Assembly: GCA_003344405.1 (NCBI GenBank)
Contig: NOWV01000002.1
Coordinates: 1,240,001 to 1,304,000 of the forward strand
Origin: Trichoplax sp. H2
Taxonomy: Eukaryota
Length of the DNA stretch: 64,000 nt
Direction: 5' to 3'
Shown here: one piece after another, positions 43,201 to 55,427 of the stretch
Layout of the letters: every line of letters begins with the position of its first letter
Numbering within the stretch: position 1 is the stretch's first letter
Translations under genes and position numbers: made by a program
The notes under the pieces: generated by a model
Databases searched by the model: none
What the model was told of the DNA's origin: nothing
What the model saw: the letters and a program-made list of their open reading frames with translations, nothing else

Positions 43201-45289
43201 CTTACTAATAAATTTTTGATTGAATTCAGATTTAAGATTTATGGTTAAAATTAATTTCAACTTTTAAGAATTTAGTATCGCTTAGCGATCCTATTAATTC
43301 TTGCAGCTGCAAGACAATTTCTATATAGCCTTCAATTATACTGTATATCAAGAAAGTGAGAATCTATTACTTGATTTTAGATAATTTTATAGTTTGTATG
43401 TTGGCTGAATCATTCTCTTGTCAAATGGAAAAATTAAATATTTCAGTAGATGTACCGATTTATTGCCCACATTACTGTACTTACTAGCAAATTTAAATCG
43501 TGATCTTTGAAACATGGATAATACAGATTATGTCGTAAATGAGATCTTGATCCTGAAACAGTTTAATTTTTCTAACGCTAATATTTGTTTATCAACTTTG
43601 ATATTGCTTCAGTTTTTTTCTCATTTTCGACAGCGGACTTATAATAGTTTTAATGTAGTACGGTAATATTGGATTTATGTAGTTTAAGACTATGATTGAA
43701 TGATAACTATATACTTTATAACTGTCGATAAAGTGTTGGAGTTATTTACAAGGAATTATCATAAAAACGAAAATTTTTATAGAATCCTTTAATACTAAAA
43801 GCACGCAGAAGTTGAGATTTTGTCATAAGAAATTCTGCAACTGATCGGCAGAATCGTATGATCAAAAATGACTGCTAGACGCTAATTTGCATGTCCGTTG
43901 TAGTTTTATGTAAATACTTATGTTAATAGTTTGACATCATGAACAAAAGCATAGTATTAGTTTCGTTAATATTAAAGTATCTGGGCGCTATTCCTGTAAA
44001 TAGTTTTATTAGAGCATTAATTAGTCTTTTTGATACAGAGAACATAGCATTTCTAGTTAAATCGATTACATGTAGCCTTTCACAGTAAATTCTCTTAATA
44101 ATTCATAATTTCACTTGACTTGAATTAAATTCAGTCGATTAATTACTAATAATGGCACCATCACGACAACAATCCTATTTCATTATTGATTATGTGATTA
44201 ATTATTTCCTATAAAATTAATGTTATCGTTATAAATTAGTTACTAGTACAAGGCTTCTACTTGAATAGTAATAGGGTTGCAGGATGTTTACGTTAATGTA
44301 ACGATTCAGTTAGGGCCAATATTTACAATTATTTCATAATATTCTCCTGCAAGCAACATTCTCTAAAGAACTTTAGTAAGAAAGAATATCGACGCTATTA
44401 AGCTGTTCGACGGCATTATACCCTAAAATTAAAGCATTATAATAGCCTAAAGTAAGTGGATGAGTAAAATAAAAAGCGTTATTTTTTACATCAGCTTATA
44501 TAGTAAAAGACATGAGGTTAATTAAAATGAACATCTGCAAGTTCTTAATACAGGATTGAGTGAAATAAGCTGTTTAAATACCTATATACATGTTTCCTAT
44601 AAAATTTATAAATAAGTAGATATGCGTAAGCGTAACAGATTTTTCGAAATGTAGTCATATCCTGCTATTTCATTTTCTTGTAGCACGGGAGTATCAATAC
44701 GTTCAAATATTTGAAAAATTATCAAAGAGTAATAGGTTATTTCGATATCAGCACAAATCGACTTGTATGTGATAGAGATGGTCTATAAGCCTTTATATAA
44801 ATTTTCACTATAAAATACTATAAATGCTTCACAAAACGTATCATATACATAGTCATTTATAATTTAAGAAATCTTGACAGAAGACAATTAAAATGTACTA
44901 ATGTTAGTAAAAATTCGTGATTGCATATCCACCACAAATTATATTTTAGGATAATGCTATCCTGATATCTTAATAAAAAAATTACAGGACTTAGCAAGAT
45001 ATTGCAATTTCATGGACGAATATTAAATACAGCACACTATTACATTTAAAAAGGAGATATTTGGAGCCACACTGGACTCTTAACCAGTCCAGTTTTCTTG
45101 GAAATAGATATCTGTACATATTTCTTATGACTACAATAGATAATTAATTGATTTAACTTACTTTAGGGAGCAATAATATCGTATCCACTGACGTATTGAT
45201 ATTTAAATTAATCTTTTAACTGTAGCAACAAGCAAAATTAAGGATAATCTAACTTATTTTACGCGGGTTAAAAGGAAATCGATCAAATG

Positions 45290-46865
45290 CGTGAACTCAT
45301 AAATGTATTGCTATGTTCTATAGACAAAAATAAACGTATTTTTCTTAATTTAAAATAGCCCACATCCTGCTTTTCAGGCAAAACAAAAATAGGCTTAGTA
45401 CGGTTGTTATAAAATCAGTAGGTGGCTGATTCTCAATAACTACATCGAAGGTAATTGTAGTAATTTATTAGCATATACTAACTTTGTACTAAAATCAAGA
45501 TCAATATTCAGCAGTAGGATAAATTACAACTACATTTAGATACCACTTTTCAACAAAATAGTATTTATTTCTGTTATGCGCGTATGTAAAAATTATACTT
45601 AGTACAGCAATTTTTATTTCATAAATGTATAGCTAAGGCCTAAAATCGTTTTAATATCATTAATTGCGGTCTAATTATGTGTACAATATGATAATTCTTG
45701 TTTATTGTAAGATTAGATACTTCGCTCTTTGTCAAAATTTATCTTAGATCCACAAGTGTGTAGCCATCTTTTATCGTTCTATATTTTATTAGATCAACTT
45801 GACTGCATTCTAAATTTATGTACCATCTACTATCGCATTAATATTGCTATTAATCTTTAAATTGTAGCTACGAGTAAAATATAGGACAAATCTAGCTAAA
45901 TTTATGTAAATAAGAAACGAATTCAATTTATTAAGTGAGCTCATAAATGCGTTGCTGTTGTCTATGGACACAAATACACGTTGTTTATTTAATTTAAAAT
46001 AAAGTATATCTTCTTGTCACAAAACAGCTTTGCAACAAGATAACGTAATATACGATCAATAAGTCAATTCCTTGAACCACGTATCAAGGAACGATATCTG
46101 CACTATCACAAACACTTTTGCTCTACTAGCAGACTACACAAAGACTTAAACGCCTCGTATTTTACGTTAAACACTAAGTTAGAGAAATTCTTTTTATTTC
46201 ACGATATACTGCATTTATATACTACTCCTCAATAGTTCATGAGTCATAGTTAATACAATTAACCTCGGAATCATTTACTGAATTAGATATTAAGTTTAGC
46301 TACTGCTCCCTTAATNNNNNNNNNNNNNNNNNNNNTAAATTGTAGCTACGAGTAAAATATAGGACAAATCTAGCTAAATTTATGTAAATAAGAAACGAAT
46401 TCAATTTATTAAGTGAGCTAATAAATGCGTTGCTGTTGTCTATGGACACAAATACACGTTGTTTATTTAATTTAAAATAAAGTATATCTTCTTTTCTGCT
46501 AAAATAAAATAAGCTTAATGGGATGATTTTAAATCATTACATGATTGATTCACTTGCTACATCGAAGGTAATGCTATTAATTTATTAGGATATGCTAAAT
46601 GCACACTTAAATTTGAGATCAATTTCAATATAGAATTAAGTATAAGTACTTAAGTTACCGCTTGCAACGAAATAGTATTTACTTCAATTATATATATAAA
46701 CTATACGGTACTTATTTTCTTTCAAAACTGATATCTAATTATGTGTATAATACGATAGTTTTATTTGTTGTAAGATTAGATACTTCGCTCTTCATCAATC
46801 TATCTTAGATCCAAAACTATATAGCCATCTTTCATCGTTCTATGTTTAACTAGATCAGCTTGACC
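45290..46865. repeat. Old diverged tandem duplication (~45290-45800 vs ~46410-46865), plus a gap-flanking haplotype duplicate (45858-46014 vs 46336-46492)
   Basis: The diverged copies share CTACATCGAAGGTAAT, TGTAAGATTAGATACTTCGCTCTT and TATCTTAGATCCA. A near-identical 157-bp segment is repeated after the 46316-46335 gap. Confidence 0.8.
46015..46315 (+). mobile_element. Probable end of an LTR-element insertion, truncated by the assembly gap
   Basis: Begins TGTCACAAAACAGCTTT, identical over 17 nt to the reverse complement of the solo-LTR end at 51613-51629. It is absent from the duplicate copy after the gap. Confidence 0.55.
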
Positions 46866-47821
46866 ACAGTAGTATTGGAATGAAAAATAAAATAAAATTT
46901 TCTATATTAAATTAAACAATTGAAGTCCAAACAAAATAAATTAGGGAAAAAACACCACTTTATTATAACTATAACAACAATCTTAGCAAAACTTCTATGA
47001 ATAGCAAAATACGGCCGAACTACTGCCTCAACCAACCAAACTATCAATTAATGAGGTAACTCACAATCATCCTAGACTTTTCTCGTCTTCTCTAACTTCA
47101 ACTGCTCTCAATTACCGAACTACGGCACCTTTAATATGGTACGCAAAGCAGTTGGTGGTGTTAGATTATTTAACTGTCATTCTAAAGTGCTCCAAATTAA
47201 ACTAGCAATCAAATACACATGATAAGATAAATTATACCCTAGATTCTCGACTACTACTAAATTAATACTAAGTATAGTTTAGCTTAAAACTCTATATTTC
47301 TACAGTATACGCTAAGACAAAATAACAATCCCAGATCGAATGTTTTGGGTTCATACTGTATCAAATTACAGAGTAACATTAACTTCTACTGTAGTAAATG
47401 ATCAAAATTAGCACACATATATTCTATTAACTAAATATATCGCTTGAATTACAAAATCATAATATCTGATTCTTAATAAAAATTATGCTACGGATTATCT
47501 TAACTTCTAACCCGAATAAAGCAGTCGGGTTTACAATATACTAAGATACTAAGTAAAATCTACCATTATAATCAACCAAATAAGCCATATTTTTTGAAGC
47601 TAGAATACTTATCAAGATACAAAAACAAAGCTAGAATAATTACAATACAAGAACTTGGGGGAAAATTCTAAGAATTAACCTTCATTACACCAGTGTCTAA
47701 ATTGACGGATTGATGTTACTAAATCGTTTAGAAATGCTAGCTGGATTTACATAACCGTTACTTGTTCGATTTAGAAAAAATTTTTTGAGAATTTATCTAA
47801 AATTGATCAACTTGCAGAGTT

Positions 47822-48667
47822 TTAGCAAAAGAATTTGTATAACTCTGAAACATGTTCACAATTATAAGGAGCTTTCTCCAGGCAAAGAACGAGAGCTTTA
47901 TCGCATTCACAGTTGGCTTGATCGCAAGTATCAAAGGAGGACTCTATTTGATCATAAAGAAATGATGATTTTACGAAAATATTAATCAAGGCTGTAGTAC
48001 AGCATCTAGGTATAGCAATGGATTCATAGCTGGCCGGCGTTATATAATTTTAATAATTGTCTAGTTAAGAAAGTATTTAATTGAATAGAAAACGACTCAA
48101 GGTGCAGAATAAAAGTTATAAAGATTTAGTTAAAAATTTAATTTAATCCTAACACTTACTGCAAATAATTTCATTTTTCTGAACTTCCCACGAATAGAAG
48201 TTAAATTTTCCCTCGTATAAACCCTTACAATTTGTTTTTTGGTAGCATTTATCGTGATTCATACAACAGATATCAGTTTTATCAACAGTATGATTACCTC
48301 TGGAACCCCAACCACAATAATTGCCGTATCCATAATAAGCTGCAGGATTACGGTTGATATTTCTCGACTTCATCATGTAATATAAGTTGAAAAGGTTTTT
48401 TCTATGCGTTTTGGTTTGCATTGGCATTCGACAATCAATGTTATAAGAAGGATAGCAACAGTCTTGGTAATCATCATTCAATATCCTGCGCAGATTTATT
48501 TTGACAAAGTTAATCGAAGCACCTTTTACAACGTCTAGTAGCTAATAATAAACGATATTGATAAATCTCAGACTTAATGGATTAAACCTAAATGGAGTCA
48601 ATTTTAGTAGAGTTTATTGTGATAGAATAAAAGTAGAAATGATAATGCATAAAATTTGCCACGTCAT
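47822..48667 (-). CDS. Secreted phospholipase A2 copy A. Exons 47822-47943 and 48160-~48541, plus a putative signal-peptide exon ~48617-48667 that lacks a GT donor
   Basis: Ca-loop YGYGNYCGWG, catalytic ICCMNHDKCY, and exon 2 CDQANCECDKALVLCL...FFC*. It has an extended pro-region. Integrity of the 5' end is uncertain. Confidence 0.8.
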
Positions 48668-51046
48668 CAGCTTGCATTCAGCTTTCCGTAGCCTACCTTA
48701 AGACATACCGCTGAGATATATATAGTAAAGGACTAAGAGTAGAGTCCTTTATAGCGTTTAGTATGTAACTAGTATTATTTTACGATAGAAAATACCTAGA
48801 AAGTGATAGTGTCTTTAAGTTTTACCCTACCAAATCATCATGTCGCCATCTTTTCTTCTTCATTATTTTACAAGGCATTATATAGATTACTATAGAAGTA
48901 GCCATAGAGCAATTGCCTAATCTAAAGAAAGAGCGTTTGATCGTCAATTCAAATTGTAAATGAATTTGACTTAGTAACAAAACCCTATCCTTAGAGAAAG
49001 GGGATTTATACCATGACGATAAAGTACTGTAATGCAGTCTACAGTATAATCGTACAGTTACCGTACAATCTGCGCTAAAACATCAACTGTCAATACTCAG
49101 CGATACTAATGTCAGAAAAGTAGTCGTGATAGTCATATCAAATTTTTTGATTAGCGAAATAGCGATTACTGTAATCTTTATAAAATCCGGATTTTTTTCG
49201 GATTGGGATTCCGGAACCGGCCGGATTTATGTCCGATATAATTTTCCTGTTTTAATTTTTGGATTTTAGTTATGAAAAATATCGTAATAGTTGATTTTTG
49301 AAATTTGAACTTTTTGTTATCAATTTGAAACTTTGGAATTTTATGACGTGACTTGAAAGTCACATTAGGAAAGTTAGTTTGGAAAATAGAAAATAAGATG
49401 GAAATTGGCAGAGGTTGTATTGGTTGTTAAGTAGTTAGACTGTTGTTTTTATGACTAAATCTTGATGTTTAAAGGATAATTTTTAGACCTTTATAGTGTA
49501 TTAATGATAGAAATTATGTTAGAAGTGAAGTTTGATGTATTTTATAGTTAACTTGTTGGTTTTATGGTATTTTGTAAGGGAATCGTAGGGTAAATTGTGT
49601 CTGAACTTTGAATGATTTTTATTTTCTTAAATGGGTGTAAATGGTGCAAAGTAGTTTTCTAAAACGGATCTTGAGAGCGATTGGTTAGCAAAGGTTTAGT
49701 TTTAAACACCTCTGACGGCTCTACGAAGCCTATAAATGATAGTGCAATTAGAAAATTTAGGGGAGAGAGTAGAAGAAGGTTTTATTTGAAGAACTTGTTG
49801 AATTTAAAAGGCCTTCGGAGTCGAATTATCGTAAGTTAAAACGTTCTTCTTTTTGAAAGGTTGTTTGGTCGTTGACAGTTTTTAAGTCTGTCACTTATTT
49901 TATTAATACTTAAAGTTAAGTATTTGTAAGGTTGTTCAGTTTATACTTCTCTCCATTTTTTTTAATAAATTATTGTTCGGTTATTTCCCCAAATTTTATT
50001 TGGTGTCAAAGTTTCGTTAAGTCGACCGGAGTGCAACGAAAGTAGAATCAAAGTTTGTTAAAGTTTTGTAGCTTGATCTCTACACTTTTCATTTCATTAC
50101 ATATAGATAACTATGGCTTATAATATTCTTTTAAGCAATTTTATGATTTCTTATTTTATTTATGCTTTACGTCTAAGAAAAGCTTAATGGTGTAGAAATA
50201 GTTGCATGATTAGAAACAACTAAATTACTAATGAACTATAGTAGTAGTCAATTGCTCATGTTAGCTGAGATTCGTATGGATAGAACTATCCATTTGGAAG
50301 CAATCAAATTTGATATTTTCTAATATTCAACTGATAGTTTATCACAATATTAATAGTAAAGACGAGTACTATACTTATATTTTGTAGTATAATGAAATAC
50401 GCATAGTTTCTGAAACTTATTTCCTTTTCTGTAATTAATAAATTGTTAAGAAAGTTTTCAAAGTTTCGACTACAATCTTTCGTTTTTAAGACGGAGGAGA
50501 TTAACTGGAGATGGTTAAAAATTCAATAGAGTTAAAACGTGTAGTTATTAAAATCTTCCGTTTGCCTTAATGAATGAGTATGTCACCTTTAGATGAGGAA
50601 ATAAACTATCTACTTCCAAGTAGAATTTAAGACTATATCGTATCGCTTCAATTCAATTGTTTAGTTGCAAAAGTTCAGGAGCAAGACATTATTAGGCCGT
50701 AAAGAGTAGAAGTTGATTAGTATAACAATGAAATATTAGAATATTTTCCTAACTGATATTTGAGCTACGCGTATAAGCGTATATAAATACTTTGAAATAG
50801 ATACCGAGTCCTTTAATAAACATTCATGCAATAAGCGATGTTACATTTTAGATTTCAGATATTAGTATTTGTAAACAGATTATATTTAAAGGATTCATTT
50901 TCTAGTATATCAAAACCTAAGATTTACTTTCAGAATGGACAGAGTTTAAAAGGGAAGGTAATTTTCTTCTTGAATTAAATCACTTATAATGTTCTCTCAA
51001 GAAAGAACAAGTTATTTCAAATTTTTATGTACTCGATTATACATAC

Positions 51047-51629
51047 TGTGACGGAGCTCGCTCCGAAATGAATAATATTTTGATCTAATATGTGTCATAA
51101 TGTTATTATGGACGTTGCCGATCTCGACAGCAACCTAGTTGTTAATGGAGTTTTGTTATTAATTATCGTAGTAATATACAGCGTGGATATGGTGTTAGTA
51201 ATTAAAATGTCAAGCTGTGAAGATTAATTATGTTAGTTAATAAGGTGCTAATTAATAATATCCATTAGTGGCAAGTATTAAGTAACACTCGTTATGGTCG
51301 GATCTATAGTAAGCCTGTATTGCACATTATATATTATTTAATGTGAAAGATTTAGCACCGGGATTATTTGTGGGACACATGAAACTGTATATAAGCTTGA
51401 TTATTACTTTTTAACCTCAGTTCCACTGAGGCTAACGTAGAGTACACTAGTACAAACGTAAACGGGCTAGTAATAAAGATATTTATTAACCTAAACCTAT
51501 CGTTTGACTCGACTACTATAGTGTAGGAATAACTTAGTTTTCCCTTACTGAGGACCTCCGGAGTTAGTCGGAGAACCATAAGAGTAGATAGACTAGTTTA
51601 GGTACGTTCACGAAAGCTGTTTTGTGACA
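51047..51629. mobile_element. Solo LTR (583 bp) with a 4-bp target-site duplication ATAC
   Basis: TGT...ACA termini (TGTGAC at 51047, GTGACA ending at 51629), flanked by ATAC at 51043-51046 and 51630-51633. A related terminus occurs at 46015. Confidence 0.7.
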
Positions 51630-54600
51630 ATACTTATTAATATTAGAGGGTCTCTTAAAGCTCTTTTCTTCTGTCGATTACAATCAATCGTTTTACTAAA
51701 CCTACGCTATTAATATCGTACCAAAATTTCACCTTTTATAATTATTCATATTTACTACAAAATATTAAGAGCTGGCTACCAGAAATACACTATGTAATTA
51801 CTCAACCTAGGGTGATTTATACAATCAATTTTGTTACATAATTTGAAATACTGGAACGGTTTGTCTAGGACTTACCATGCTGGCCAGATAGCAAAATTAG
51901 ATATATTAACTTGTCAAATCTTAGACGCGCCCACAATTTAAAGGATTTTGCATCAAAGTTTGTAGTGATGCATCCCATATTTGATTATAATCATAACTGT
52001 ATTTGATATATTTAGGCTTTCAAGCATAGATATTATGGTGATGTCAATATTAGATGATTGCTAACTTTTATATTAGAAATTATCGATGACTAATATTAGC
52101 CAGTTGACTGATTACGGCACTAGATTGATGTGACTAAAAACGCTGTAATTGTGAAAGTACCCAACACTGAAAGGTACTGGATATTAATGCATAAATTCTT
52201 TATCCTTTGCAATAGTTATAATCAGCGTTTAAAAAGAATGCCGGAGCTTAGTATATTTCGATACTAGAAATGAACTTGCGTTGATTCAGCCATTTTGTAA
52301 CGTATTTTCTGCCGTTTAGATACTATTAGCGCAGTATTTTCAGATGCTTAAATGAAACACTTATGAATAAAATTTAATTCTTATTGACCAAACTACCCAA
52401 GGATTAAAACAATAAATTGATATATTTAGAAAGACAGCGATAATGAAAGGCCATATTTAGCTAGCTGCTATTTCATTAACTTAATTTGTATCGACCAAAT
52501 TATCCAAGTATTGAATCAATAAAACGATCATATCGAACAAACTGCTGTTTCACTGATAAGTCCATATCTCACTGTCTCACTGATGTTTCAGTAAGAAATT
52601 ACTTTTATCCCGAATTTCCATAAAATGTTGAATGTTTCTAGATACAAAAGACATCATACGAATTTATCTACTTGCGATGGAAGAACATAATATAATAAAG
52701 TTATTTATCATTTTGAAACCACACCGCATTAAAAGATACCCTGTCAAGATGTTTTAGTATCGTGAATTTTAAACACATGTATGCATAAGGCTAGAGAAGA
52801 GGTATTGCACTATTAGATACCAAAATACTACTTAGAGTCTGCAAGTGATTACATTCTTGATCATTTTGAAGATGGACATTTATATATATGCGTGCTATGC
52901 TGTATTTACGATTTGTGAGACACCAGTCAATTTATGTTCATAGTAAATTTTCGCGTATTATTTTCATAAAGTACTAGTACAAACTCACGTCGCTTTGCTG
53001 ACTGTTTACGATAATGTACTTATTTGTTCATAATTAACAAATAGTATTACCATTCGACATTATATCTATCCCAGTAATAGCCAGGCACTACTATATTCAC
53101 AGCTATGGTTGTAGAATACTACTTTTCAATAATGCATAGACGGATGAATTGCTATGAAATGCTATATTAAGATTAGTTAATGGTCCAAAGTACATTAATG
53201 TACGGTGATGGACATACCAAGTTAAGATTAGCAGGTGCCGTAAGATATCGACAGTGCGGTACAATGTCCTTAGTACTGTGGTCAGTTCTATCCAATCATT
53301 ATAGTGTGTCTAAGGATCGCTTGCGTATGCAAGCAAAGCTTGTTCTGTTGTTAACAACCGTTATAAGAAAATGTAACAATCAAAATGGCTGTGTAGGAAA
53401 CTCTGTAAAGATTCTATGTTTATTCAATTTTCATCAGAGTATTATATCAAACCAAAATTTTCAAGCGCAGTGACCACCCTTAGCGATATAATGAATAATA
53501 TTTTAAAAATCAGTACTCTGCAGAAATTACTACCTTAGAGCTATTCGTTTTACATGAAGAAATCTTGAGATAAAAAGTACTGTAAGAATCTTATACTGAC
53601 CTATTGAAATGAACCCATAATCACAGCCATCTAACAGTAGTATAAATACCCCCGCGCTGCTCGTTTTAAAAGGGTGGGTGGATGGGATTTTTGGTGAAGA
53701 TAGAGCTAAATCGTTTGATTTCAGTTTTTAGAATTGTTAGCCAAATTGAGATTTAAAAAGAGACAATTATCTTTTTATTAGGAGTGTTTTAACACAAAAA
53801 TAATAACCACAATATAATCTAGTTATTAGAAACCACTCAACTGCTTACAAAGCTAGTGATTAAACAGAATCAAATTCGGTAGCGGTCATTGAGACTGATG
53901 TAAAATTACTGTAATGAGTGACTTTATATATAAAGTATCACAAGACTAAATAATGTATTGCAAATGACTAACAAATATAAAATTTATTGATATATTTTAA
54001 AAAAGGAAATATCTTAATCTAGGCACTTTCACAGAAAAGGATGTCTGCACCTCCTAGGACTAAAATAAATATGAATGTACTTAATTAAGAGCAAAGTATT
54101 GTGTCCCTTTACGAATAATTTTCAGTATCAGTGTGTAAATTATGGAAATAAAAATTAAGGACTTTCATAGTTTTTTATACATATGTTAAACGTGTTTGAT
54201 ACTGTAAATGAGCTCAAATATGCTTTATTTTGCACAAAAAAAAACTCATTTAATTTTGTGATAAAATTTGTGCTGATGTACTCAGTTTCTGCCACAAATT
54301 AAATATTTGGACAAGATATATTTTTAAGACTATGGAATTTTTCAAAAACTAATGATAACCAGGAACTGACTTTATCATAGAGTAAGTTTTGTTGGATATA
54401 GATATAGTAAGATTACATAAATTATGCAAGCTAATTTTACGATAATATGGTTAGTTTACTCAGTAACTGCCTATAAACTATATTTATTAGTAGACTATCT
54501 ATCTGCACCCGTTGGCGACAAACGAAAAGCTACTTCTTTCCGACTTATGATTATTAAATCTATTTACAGTAGGTTATAAAATTACTTAAATACACCACAG

Positions 54601-54779
54601 GTTTCGTAGCGTAAAATTTTAAATACCGAATGTCCTTCTCCTCCCATAATAAACAGTAGGAGCTCGCTAGTAACTGCTATTATAGATATCTTGATTTATG
54701 TAAACTATTACCGGTATTTGTTATAGACAGTTAAAATAACTTCTTGCTAGTCTTGATTCAAAATTTATCAACTTACAAA

Positions 54780-55427
54780 TTACTTGCAAAAATAGTAATA
54801 AATCCCTGATGCATGATTACAATTATAAGGAGTATTCTTAAAGCAAAGAGCAGCGGTTTTATCGCATTCACAGTTAGCTCGATCACAAGTACCCACGGAA
54901 TCCTCTGTTACATTATAGAAAAAGACAATGGTATTAACGGAAGAGAAGACAAGTCTACGATATAATTGATTTTATAGCTTGTGTAGTTTAATTTCAAGCG
55001 TGGTCTAATTAAGAAGATACTTCCGTTATAACTTGATTGACTAGGAAGCAATTCAAGGTAAAGAATGAAAGTCATAAAGATTCGAGAAAAATTGACTTTT
55101 ACGTACATATTACTTACTACAAACTATTTCGCCGTAATCGTTTTGATCCCAGGAGTAGTGGTTTACCACTGCCCACTGCGAACCTGTACAGCCTGTTCTT
55201 TCGTAACATTTATCATGATTTTTGCAACAAGTATCTAGTTCATCGACAGGATCAGGATTACTTCCGTAAGGACCAAGACCACACCAGTTACCGTATCCAA
55301 TAAAAGCAATAGGATTACGATCGATAAATGTGTATAGCATCGAGCCAAAGTTGAAAGCGCTTTTATCAATACGTTTACTTTCACTCAGTACTACAAATGT
55401 TGTAATTAAAATAGCAAGAATCTTCAT
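54780..55427 (-). CDS. Secreted phospholipase A2 copy B; exons 55118-55427 and 54780-54904
   Basis: Signal peptide MKILAILITTFVVLSES, then [23 protein letters not shown], and exon 2 [16 protein letters not shown]...FCK*. Phase-1 GT-AG intron. Confidence 0.93.
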
